A stretch of DNA of 64,000 nt, from positions 1 through 64,000 of the forward strand of contig NW_018408881.1 of the NCBI RefSeq assembly GCF_002113885.1, written 5' to 3'. Origin of the DNA: Mizuhopecten yessoensis. Lineage: Eukaryota. Below are positions 1 to 11,300 of the stretch, piece by piece (the stretch's first letter is position 1; each line of letters begins with the position of its first letter). The notes under the pieces are model-generated. The model was given only the letters and a program-made list of their open reading frames with translations, did no database searches and was not told the DNA's origin. A program made the translations under genes and the position numbers.

Positions 1-289
1 TAACGCTGGCGCACGATTTATCTGATCTTCATTTAAGACATCAGACTGGTCTACTTGTATCAACCACAAGGTGCCGCATAAAGTCTTCGATTTTGAAAAG
101 ATATATTGCAGGGGTACAGAAAAAATAAACGTATCGACAGCTGAACCCTTTGATTTCGAGGATGTCAAAACGTAGGAATGTGAAATAAAAATAGGAACCC
201 ACATATACTGCCATTAAATAAACAGATATTTGCTTACTAATAGACATTGATCTATTTTTCATAGGGAGATTCTTTCTACAGACCAATAT

Positions 290-670
290 ATGCTTGAATC
301 AAATACACTTAATGAAAGGAAAGGAGAAACTGTAGAATTCATTACTCCCGGGTTACACATCCTCGTCCCCTCCAGGAGCGGAGGTTAGGTTTACTATAGT
401 GTATATTTGGGGGGAAACACTTTGTTGTATATTTTGTTATATTCAATGGGAAAGAGTTCACACTTGGTTGGAATGATTATCAAGGATTGCAGTCTTAAGG
501 TATGAAAGCTAACACCATGATTCACCCATCGTGCTTGAGGGGCGGGGCACCAGTAGGGTTAAATTGACTTAAATGACAACATCGAACCAAATTCTCTTCA
601 TGAATTCAAAGAACTTAAGGTGCTGTATCAAATTTGTGAATTTCATAACCTCTTGGGAGAGAATAGAACG
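290..670 (+). mobile_element. Fragment of Helentron/HINE-type internal repeat
   Basis: Shares blocks with 4310-5504 (gaatcaaatac, cttaaggtgct, ttgtgaatttcat, gaggggcggggc, aaattgact). Confidence 0.55.
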
Positions 671-1331
671 TCCTATATCATGATGAATTACATTATTATT
701 TCAGTTTTTCCAAAAGAATCCCGGCTACACATGTAAGTCAACCCCCAATATCATTATGTCAGGGAAACCGTCATCAAAATGACAAATGAGGCCTGTATGG
801 GCTATTTGTTTATGTCACATCATCACAACAAAAACACTATCATATTACACCCCAGGTAACCTTTATGGCCAATCGGTCTCTTTTTACGTCTAACTACAAC
901 ACAAACATACGAATGCTAACAGAAATATGATATTGTATATTCTCATCAATACATGGAGTCATTTTCAAATAATATAATTTCGTCATTACACTAACACTTT
1001 TAATTTATTTTTGTAACATACCCATGGAGATGAAAAAATCAACCAGGGATATCAGTTGATAAACGCTTACTTTTTCAAGTCTCGCAGACATCTCCAGATA
1101 GTTATTTAAATAACGTTACAATAATGTGTCGTAATCTAATCAATAATATGATATCGGGTATAAGGGGAGGTAATGACATTAAAAAGTTATATCTAAAATA
1201 TGTTTCTTTTATACCCTTTATCCCTTTAGATAAATAGTTTTTTTGCACGGTCAAGTTTACCGTGTCTTTCATTTATTTTATTCCAGTTGATTACGCACGG
1301 TAAAATATTTATTTTGGATATGTGCTTATCT

Positions 1332-1369
1332 AAAACCGAAAACGAAAGTACAAAATTAAGGGTATTTCC
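1332..1369 (+). promoter_or_regulatory. ISRE/IRF-element plus adjacent NF-kB-like site upstream of the putative first exon of the STAND-ankyrin gene
   Basis: AAAACCGAAAACGAAAGTA (1332-1350) matches the IRF consensus AANNGAAANNGAAA. GGGTATTTCC (1360-1369) is a near-consensus kappaB site. A strong donor AG|GTGAGT follows at 1488/1489. Confidence 0.55.
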
Positions 1370-1399
1370 GAGTAACGCAAATGTAACCTTGACCCTTCA

Positions 1400-1488
1400 C
1401 CAAGTCACATACCTTCATTAATGGATATCGACAAAAGTATGTATAATCTGCTGGCCAGATTTCAAGGCGGGGGGAGCTAGCCCGTAAG
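1400..1488 (+). other. Putative non-coding first exon (contains a 19-codon uORF, 1421-1480)
   Basis: Perfect 5' splice site AAG|GTGAGT at 1488/1489 could join the acceptor TTTAAG| at 2091/2092. The transcription start is not known, so the start coordinate is approximate. Confidence 0.4.
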
Positions 1489-2097
1489 GTGAGTATGACA
1501 ACATTATGATTTTTAGAACTTCAGTATGTCTGAGAGCGTTGCAAGACTTAATACATTTGTATACAGTCCTAAATTGTGTCCAATTACAGAATAAATATGA
1601 CAATACCTTATAGGGCTTGGCTATGCGGAAATGATTTTTGTAATACAATTGTTTCTAACGTATATCAAAGGGACAACTTCTGATTATATACATATATTAT
1701 ACTATATATATACATGTATATATATATACTGATATCAGATATGAATCTCTTAAATAAACTAGAAAAATATATAATGGTTCAATATAAACATAAATTGAAA
1801 AGCAGTATTTGCCTGCAACTGAATCGTTTTTTCTCTTCTATAGCAAATGTAAAATTATGTACGTATTTTACTAAAAGTTTCATTATGATTGTTTTCCTCA
1901 TATAGGACATAATCGGTAAACAAATTATTTCAATGCCCGGTTAACTATTGTGTTCAGTTAAGGAAAGCCAAACTGAACATTTTTACAGCTCAACATAATT
2001 CATATTGCTCACTTTCATACACATTATTTCGAGTAATTACCATGAAACCTTGACATTTGTTTATCGTATAGTATGATATGTTTCATTTAAGGTGACA

Positions 2098-2334
2098 ATG
2101 GGCGTGGATTTGGCAGTGTATCGTTCACGGGTCGGTCAGTTTGTGCCTCGACCAGTGAAGGGTATTGTGTCAAACATTGACTACCTTTGTAAAGCTATCG
2201 CCAGTGTTCGGGGTGGCCTGATACGACAAGATGGATTAAACAGCAAGGGAGCTGTTACATTCATTGGTCTCCTCCTGCGTGCACAGGGCATAGAGTCGAA
2301 CCCAGGTCCAGGACCAGGAAAGGGAGATGAACAT
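2098..2334 (+). CDS. First coding exon with 2A-like (StopGo-like) motif LLLRAQGIESNPG/P
   Basis: Translation MGVDLAVYRSRVGQFVPRP...AVTFIGLLLRAQGIESNPGPGPGKGDEH. Acceptor at 2090-2091, donor GTACGT at 2335. The canonical 2A is D(V/I)ExNPGP; here the D is replaced by G. Confidence 0.65.
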
Positions 2335-5300
2335 GTACGTTTAATTTCATAACTTAAATTACGAAACGTGTGGTATTTGTTCATACAAAACTGAATGAAT
2401 TTTGGTGAAGTCTGCTATCTGCAGGTGTTATTGGATTGCAGATGTACAAATATAATGAACAGTCATTCTCATTCTCTATTGACTTGGTCTAAACAATGCA
2501 AAATATTAGGCTTTAAACAGCATTGAAACCAGTCATATTGTTACCCGTAATTTCTTTATATATTTTTGTTGACATGTACTTGTTTCTACATTTTCAGTTT
2601 TTTTTAATAAAAAGCTTTCCCTTACAGTCATTTGCAGACGCACAGACGGAAGACAATGACGATATCAACATCACACTCGGTACGTTCGACACCACCCTTC
2701 GGATTTTAAAACAGTAATAAGACATTAGACCAGCTGATAAATGTTGTGAAAAACTTCTTGATTTTTTTTCTTTTCTCCCAAATACACGCTCAGTTTGATG
2801 TTTCTAAAGTATCAGTAATGCAGGGGTTTCATTACACAGACAGGAGAATATTTCTGGAGAAAAAAACATCGGTATTATAGGATTAATTCTCAGCCTCTCT
2901 GGACCTAGACTACACGATGACAAAATTGAGATGTGAAACGGTATGTTATCGGAGTTTAAGTAATATGATTAATACACATATAATAAATAATACATTATAC
3001 AAGTAAGTTATATTTTTGCAACTTTTAAAAGCAACCTTCACGGACGAATGTTGTAAAATTTATAAATATATAGATACCAGTCAGCTGGTATCATTAGCAA
3101 CAACGAAATTAAATTTAAAATCGTTACCAAAGATATACACTCAGTATAATTCACGCTCACGATGTGTACGTTTGTTGCGATATATATTCTATATATTGTT
3201 TGTCTTAAAAGTTCTCAATGGAGTTTTTGGTTAAATGTCTTTATTTTCCTAGACTAAATGCTCTCTGGGCTGCATTTATACAGCGAATAAAGCTAGTATG
3301 TAAAAAGGATTACCAAGAGCTAAGTTCTATTTTTGAAAATTCCCTAAATCAACATCGTTATAGGTATTATGTTATTTATACCCGACTCCAACAGTGTTGT
3401 AGCAAAGTAAATAATCCACGCGTTACAAGTAAAAATGTATACTGCATTATACTTCAGTACTGTGTTTATCATGGTTTTAAAGTAAAATATGTTGAGATAT
3501 TCTTAAGAATCTCTACCCTTTTTAAAAGACTCTTATGTACATCAAGTAACAAAACATAGAACATGTCAAGTGAAAATTAATGTAATTTGATCGTAGGCCT
3601 TGCAATACATCTTAAACAGTTTTTGAATGTGTTCAGTTATTCCATTACAGACAGTAACACTGACCCAAACATGGCTGACAGGATTAGCCAGTTTATGGAA
3701 TCTGTTCTACCTGTCAACAATCCCACCAATAATGGAAGTAGTCAAACAGACGAGTACGAAGGCGCAGTAGCAATACCTGGTCCTTCTTCCGGAGCAATTG
3801 CCAAAACAACCATTGTACCTCAAGGTAAAGTAATGAAACACTTTTGCAAAACAGTAGATAATGTGGATTCAACATTGGATATTTAATATCAGAACTGAAT
3901 TGTTCCATATAACCTTTATGTATATATAACAATAAATATCATGCTGTGCTAATTGTCGAATATTTAAGATAATGAGCTTTTCAAGTTGAGATTGTATCCT
4001 ATTTTCTTTTAATATATATATATATTGGACATATCTTTCAGTGGTGGTCAATTACCATGACAACAGAAAATATAATGAAGAGATTCGCGTAGAAAATATG
4101 AAAGTGAAAAACGCTGAAAATGTATGCACAGGACAGACTATCATCCATACTGGTTTGTATAGATTCAATCTTGTTACTGTTTTTTTTCCTAATTGTCCCT
4201 TGATATTTTATTCGTGAACACTTTATTTCGTGGTGAAGTGATTATCTTTTACAATGTTGATAGTTAATATTTATGTGTGGAATTAATATTCAAGAATAAT
4301 TAAAACTTGCAAGTGAGCTCCTTTTCGCCTTTTGGCCGGCGTCGTGCGTCCGTAAACAATTTATTTCGACCTCCTCTCCAAAACCCCTGCAGAAACCTGC
4401 CATGGCCAAAGATCAGCCAAACATGTCCAAAGGGGCCTGAGGGGCGGGGCCAAAAAGGGTCAAATTGACTAAAATTTCAAAAATCTTCTTCTCAAGATCC
4501 AGACATGGTAGAATCAAATACTCTTCATAGATGGAAGCATCTTAAGGTGCTTTACCAAAATTGTGAATTTCATGACCCTGGGGTCTCACGTTTCTCCCTT
4601 ACTGGGGAGGGGGTAAACTTTACTATAGTTTATATAAGGAAATCACATTTTGGACCAGTATTTGTTTAATTTTCATTGGAATTAATGCAAACTTGGATAG
4701 CATTATCCATATTCGATAGCAGTTTGATGATATGCACATATCAGCCCTGACTGGCCACCAGGGGCTGATGGTGGGACAAAAAAGGGTTGAATTGACTGAA
4801 ATTTCTAAAATCTTCTTCTCAAGACCCAGATATGGTAGAATATAATACTCTTCATAGATGGAAGCGTCTTAAGATGCTTTACCAAAATTGTGAATTTCAT
4901 GACCCTGGGGTCTCACGTGTCCCCCTATGGAGGGGTTAAACTTTGGTTTATATAAGGAAATCACGTTTTGGATCAGCATTTGTTTAATTTTCAATTGAAT
5001 TAATTCAAACATGGATAGCATTATCAATAATCGATAGCAGTTTGATGATATGCACATATCAGCCCTGACTGGCCACCAGGGGCTGATGGGAGGGGCCAAA
5101 AAGTGTTAAGTTTCCATTGGAATTAATTCAAACTTGGTAAGCATTATCAGTATTTGATAGCAGTTTGCTGATATGCACATATCAGCTCTGACTGACCCCC
5201 AGGGGCTGATGGTCGGGGCAAACAAGTGTTAAATTGACTAAAAATTGAAAAACTTCTTCTCAAGATCCAGATATGGAAGAATCAAATACTCTTCATAGAT

Positions 5301-8300
5301 CGATGGTCTTAAGGTGCTTTACCAAAATTCTGCTGACTGACAGAACCACTATTTGAACTACCCAGATCTTTCACACTACTTTTGCATTACATGTAGTTCA
5401 AGTTACCTTTTGTTACAAAATTATTTTCTTTTTCATTTGGCAACATCGATAACATCAGTTTTTACATAACTCAGGTGACCGTTAAGGCCCATGGACCTCC
5501 TGTTTATATTTCTTGGTGATGGATTATCATTATATCTTCAACATTGTTGTTGATTGAAAATGAAATGACAGTGTCAAATTTGCATTATTAGTTTTTAGAA
5601 CATACCAATACGATTATAGATTATTTCAAAGTTTTACTTAATACACGAACAATGTACATATCAAACGTGTCGCGACGTTTCAAGACCGTCTGCTATAACT
5701 GAGTGAGCGATTTGCATTGTTTATATGTACAACTATAAAACTACGTACTATATTCCATATGTCTCTGGACACGGGACGTTTCGCCTATCGATAGATAATA
5801 TATACACACTTTGTCGAACAGGTTACATATAAAATATATACAATCTCTTCACTCACTCAGTCATAACTTCACAAAGGGAGCAGTCGGTCTTGAAACTTTG
5901 CAACACGTTTAAAACTTTGATATGACATATTTCCAAACTGATGAATCTTATTGAAAATGATCTTAAATGAGTTTTCGGTTTTTATTCACTAGCGCCAACT
6001 GGCAATGAGGACGATGACGTTCCCAAACCAAAAAAGAAAAAGGAAGAGGAAAAAGAAGTTCCGAAAAGTGCCAAAAGAAATGCGTCTGAAGGTAAAATAT
6101 TTAAAAAGTTCCAATTACTGTGCATAACAAACGTTTATCCTGATAGCGATAAAATTACTATACAAACATGTTTAATGACAGTAGTGGTCACCATGTATGT
6201 ATAGCAAACTTGTATCCTGGTGTATTAGTTAGCATGTGATGGATGAAAGAAAAAATATTTTACATAACGAACACGTACATTAGTGAAAACAGGCAGCTTT
6301 TTAATTAACTGGGCGGTTTTCCCATGGGTTTCCCGGTAAAATAAGATAGAGAGTCATATAATGAACTCTTCCTCTACTTTCAACAGGATAGTGAACAATT
6401 GTGACAACCCCCAAGCTCTTCATATAGTACCACAGCCTTGCATCCTGTTGGCAGTTTGAATTAAAATTTAATCACCGTTACTCAAAAATGTGTATCCTGA
6501 TAACAACATAATGTCTTGAGTATAGGCACTTGAAGGAAGTCCGTTTTTCTTGTTGATGTAAACCATATAAAGGAAACCGCAAAAGTGACCGCTATAACAA
6601 AACTGAAAAGAAAATTTATGAACACCATTGAAAATATTACGATGACTGTAAATAGTGTTTTTTTTCAGCAACAGGGGAAGAGGATGAAAGCATTCCGGAA
6701 CCGAAGAAAATGAAACAGGCGAAGGAAGCAATTCTGAAAAGTCCCAAAAGAATAACTCTTGAAGGTAACATCCCGATGTTAGTTTGAACAGATGACATGC
6801 ATAAGCCAATTTGTCTGTACAACTCCCATTCTGCCAACTTCACCAGATGAAATATCAGTCGAGAATAATGCCGAGGTAGAACCAGTATCACATGACTTCA
6901 TTAATTTCCGCATATGTTAAATAATCCATTACTTTGCAATTGATAATAGACATATAACAATATGCACATAGTAATCTCTCGGGTAAGCATCCTGTGCACT
7001 CCAGAATCTGTGTTCAAATATATTTTTATCTGCGGTCTTGTAAGATCTTGAACTCTGACAGGTTAACCTTTGACCGTTCATTTTTCCGTTAAGGTTAACG
7101 TTGACTTCTAACATTTTTCCGACGGTCTTCAAATCAAACCCTAAAGTCGTTTGCCTCTCTCTGCCTTATATAATGGGACACATCTATCGTCTGCGATTTA
7201 TCTTTCAAGTGTGTAGGGATGTTTAAGAAAGTCTTATTGGGATACCTTGCCTTACTATGCCATTTCTTAAATTGGTTCGTTTCCGGCACAATTTTGATCA
7301 TACAAAAAAATGTAGCCCTACATTTCTTTATCGGAGTGTGAATTCGACTGTTTTAATTCAATGATGGAGATAGTTATTGTTAAATCCTGCTGCAATCCTC
7401 TTTTTTGATCTCTAGTGTATCATCAATATAGCTTTATACAATACCTAGACTTTTAGTCTGTACGGTCAATGTCTATGGTTTCTACATAAGACGTACTTCC
7501 CTTGCACCAATTGGCTAACACTTGATATACCTTGTTCCCCATAGCTGTGTCACAGCGTTGCTAATATTATTTGTTTAAAAAGATGAAGACCGTTGTCAAA
7601 CCATGTTGGCATAGACTTGCTTTCTTATGCCAGAAGTTTGAAATTTTAAGCAGTTCTGGATGTTACTGAGCGCTCGTGTGGAGGATATATTTGTGGAACT
7701 ACACACAACATCGTGTGCGGTAAGCTCTTCATCATCCAGGAGATGGTTAATGGAAGACACGCTTTCAGCCAAACCTTCTAGTTTTGAAACTATTGTAGTT
7801 AACAACCAACACAGTAGAAAAAGAAATACACCAAGTAAGGGCAAGGTTATCCATCTCCCCAAAAGATCTGTCTAAGAATTGCATCCAATACTCTTGAAAC
7901 ATTACATGAAAAACACGTTTATAATCAGTGTCCGACATGACATTTACACCTTTGTGCATTCGTGAAAGCATATCGTGATCTGGTTCTATTTGGGCATAGT
8001 TATTAAGATCTGATTGTTCGTCTTGTGAAGTTGACATCTTGCCTAAACACCTTTCGCGACAAAGTTACAAGCTTATATATTTTGCTGTGTTACATCAATT
8101 AATTTTACATCCTTTGTCACCCAGACAGAAAGAGCTTCAAAAATATTCTGAAATGATTGATTTCTATATCTTGTAACACGCAGAATAAAACCTTTTTTTA
8201 AATGCTTGCGTAATGCATCCATCTTTTCAATATCTTTTGTGCATTTAATTTGTCTAAAGCCACAACAGGATTTTTACTTTAATTTAATCTGTTTCCCAGA

Positions 8301-11300
8301 CAATGCTGAAACAATGTTAAAACGACACATCGAGGAAACAGACAATATTCTGGTGACTAGGAGGGAAGCTGTAACGGCAGTGGCCAATCGTCTGAAAGAN
8401 NNNNNNNNNNNNNNNNNNNNNNNNNNNNNNNNNNNNNNNNNNNNNNNNNNNNNNNNNNNNNNNNNNNNNNNNNNNNNNNNNNNNNNNNNNNNNNNNNNNN
8501 NNNNNNNNNNNNNNNNNNNNNNNNNNNNNNNNNNNNNNNNNNNNNNNNNNNNNNNNNNNNNNNNNNNNNNNNNNNNNNNNNNNNNNNNNNNNNNNNNNNN
8601 NNNNNNNNNNNNNNNNNNNNNNNNNNNNNNNNNNNNNNNNNNNNNNNNNNNNNNNNNNNNNNNNNNNNNNNNNNNNNNNNNGGTGTTTACATTTGGGCAT
8701 CAGTCAACTGCAGACAGTGTTTGTATTGTGTTTGGAAAAGAAAATCCAGAAATTATTTTAGAAAAATGTAGCAACCGTGTGATATTGGAACTGCTGGATG
8801 TTTCTGAAACTGATCAAACCGATATTTGCACCTTACATGTTCCTAAGAATTGCTTTGAACACCTTGTAAAGCGAATTTACAAGATGATTATTGAAGGGGA
8901 TGGAATAACACTAGAATCATTCCCCCGGTTCAAAAATCAAGAGCTTGCAGATTGTCTCTTAAAGTATATCACCACAATTGGAGACATACGAGCTTTCCAT
9001 CGAGCTCATTTAGGTTACTTTTCCACCAGAAGTCTATTAGAATCTTGTGCGAACAATGTTTTTTTCTTGAAAGCTCTTTTCAATTTCAAAGTTGATGAGT
9101 TCATTGTCAAAGAAAGCGGTATTTTGTTCTTTTCGAGAACATTACAGGGAACATTACTACGATCCCTAGAACATAAAAACAAGGCATCCATGTCTTTTCT
9201 GATTGCAAAGGGAGCGTTCTTAACGGAAAAATGTCTTCATGAAGCAATTAGTTCCAATGACGTGGACTTGACAGAGTTCGTATTATCAAGGAATATCTGG
9301 ATAAGATCAGAAATCAGAAGGTGCACCAAACTTGACACGCCAGATAATATACGTGGTGTCCTAGAGAGGGGAACCAGCATGTGCAAGGTACAGGAGATAA
9401 GGAATCTGTATCGCAATCAGAATTCATACCAAGCATCTACAAAACTATCACATATGAGTGCCAAAGATATGTCGACAGCCGTTGAAGCAATGGATTTTAA
9501 CACGCTACAAACGATTTTTCAGTCCCCGGGGTTGAAAAATCAGCATAATTGTCTTATAAAAGCAATCCTGGACAAAAAACACAAGCAATTAAATGATGCT
9601 ATCGCCATTAAAAGAATAGCTGGACAAATCGACGGAACAGTTGTCCAGTATGCGTTACATCATTGTGACTTGGACATGTTTCGTTTCTTACTTTTGTCAT
9701 CAAACATCAGTGCTTCACATCTGAACTCAGTGCTTTCTGAAGCCATTCATCTGAACAAAACTGACGAAATAGAAGTTCTGATCAAGGCAGGTGGACAACC
9801 GACTCTGGAAGATTTTGTGAACAAAGCAGGGACAACGTGTATGGGTGTGGAGTGTGTTGTTGAAACTATCATGAAAACCACATCATGGACACGTGAACAG
9901 CTTGATCGTGCTCTTGACGCAGCCGTGCGCTCCGGTACACATGCTTCAATGAAATTCCTTATCAAAGGTGGAGCAAAGTTTCTAGAAGATGCGTTGGTAA
10001 ATGTATCTAAAAGGCATTATGGTCCGGAAGTGGAGTATAAATACAAATTGACTGCTTCCTCTACAAAAGCAGATGATAAGCTGAGGGAACTTTTAGAAGA
10101 AGTTCCGGCAATAAAAATAGTAGCACAAGTTCACGCTACAGTTCAATATGTATTTTCGGAACACGAATGGTCGCAAAAGCAACTGGATGATGCACTTGAT
10201 GCTGCATTAGTATCGGGGTCAAGGGCAACCTTACAATTGCTGAGGCTCAGTGGAGGCACGTTTCACAGCAATGCTTTGTTAGCCGCTGTAAGAAACCTGC
10301 GTTATGCACTACCCATTGTTAGGTTTGTGCGAGAGTATGGGGAATGGTCAGTTGACCAGCTGAGCAATGCATTACACGAGGCTTTAGTCATTTGCAGGCC
10401 GGACTTTATTATTTACTTGAATGAAGAAGGAGCATTGTTCAATGATTCGAGTTTAAAAAATGTTCTTCGGTGGAAGGTTGAACAACATGTTCAGATCAAA
10501 CACATAAAACACATTCTTAAAGCTCGAACCTGGTCACCATTTCTGCTAGATGAAGCCATTGATTTTGCATGTGAAACAGAAGGACTTGCAATTCTTGCAA
10601 GTCTACCAATTGCAGAGGCTAGGTCAGAATCACTCACTAGAAATGTTCTTCTAAAATTACGAGCGGTTGGAAAGAAGAAAAAATGGATTATTCAGACGTT
10701 AAAAAGCAGAGGCATGGATGCTGATCTTGCTTTAGTTTTGAATTATGAAATTCAAGAAGGTTGCACAGACATTGTTGAACATCTTATTGGTGAGCTGGGG
10801 ATTTCCTGTGACAACGATGGCTTATCAAATGCCATGGACAACACCCGGAACTATCAAAGCTATGAGAGACTGAAAATGGTCCGTCTGGTGCGTGAATCGC
10901 AAAACTGGTCTGATGAGTTGCTGACGAGGGCGTTAGACAAAGCTGTTGGACTCGGGTACAGTGAGGTGATATTGTACCTACATACCCAAGGGGCCAAGTT
11001 CAGTGACAACAGCCTGGAGTACGCAATGATGCATAAAAATATAGGATACGAGCCATATGATTTTGTTACTTATATAATGGAATCACGCCATTTCAACAAA
11101 GAACAAATGAACAGTGCACTGACAAAATCTTTAGAGATTGGCCATTATAAACTCGTGACCATGTTTCATGAAAAGGGAGCAGAGTTCGCCGAAAAAAGCC
11201 TACAAAACGCAATCCGCAAAGAGTGGATACTCTCAGATCGACTCCCAGCAGTCCAGTTCATACTTAATGCAAGACGATGGGACACTGATGAAAAGAATGA

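Noticed and set aside
2840-2940. Possible extra exon of the STAND gene (acceptor cattacacag, donor gtatgt)
   Set aside because: All three frames contain a stop, so it is at best a decayed or poison exon. It was not included in the model.
8206-8299. N-terminal 31 aa of the listed 1117-aa ORF
   Set aside because: Non-ATG start within the intron polypyrimidine region. The real exon starts at 8300.
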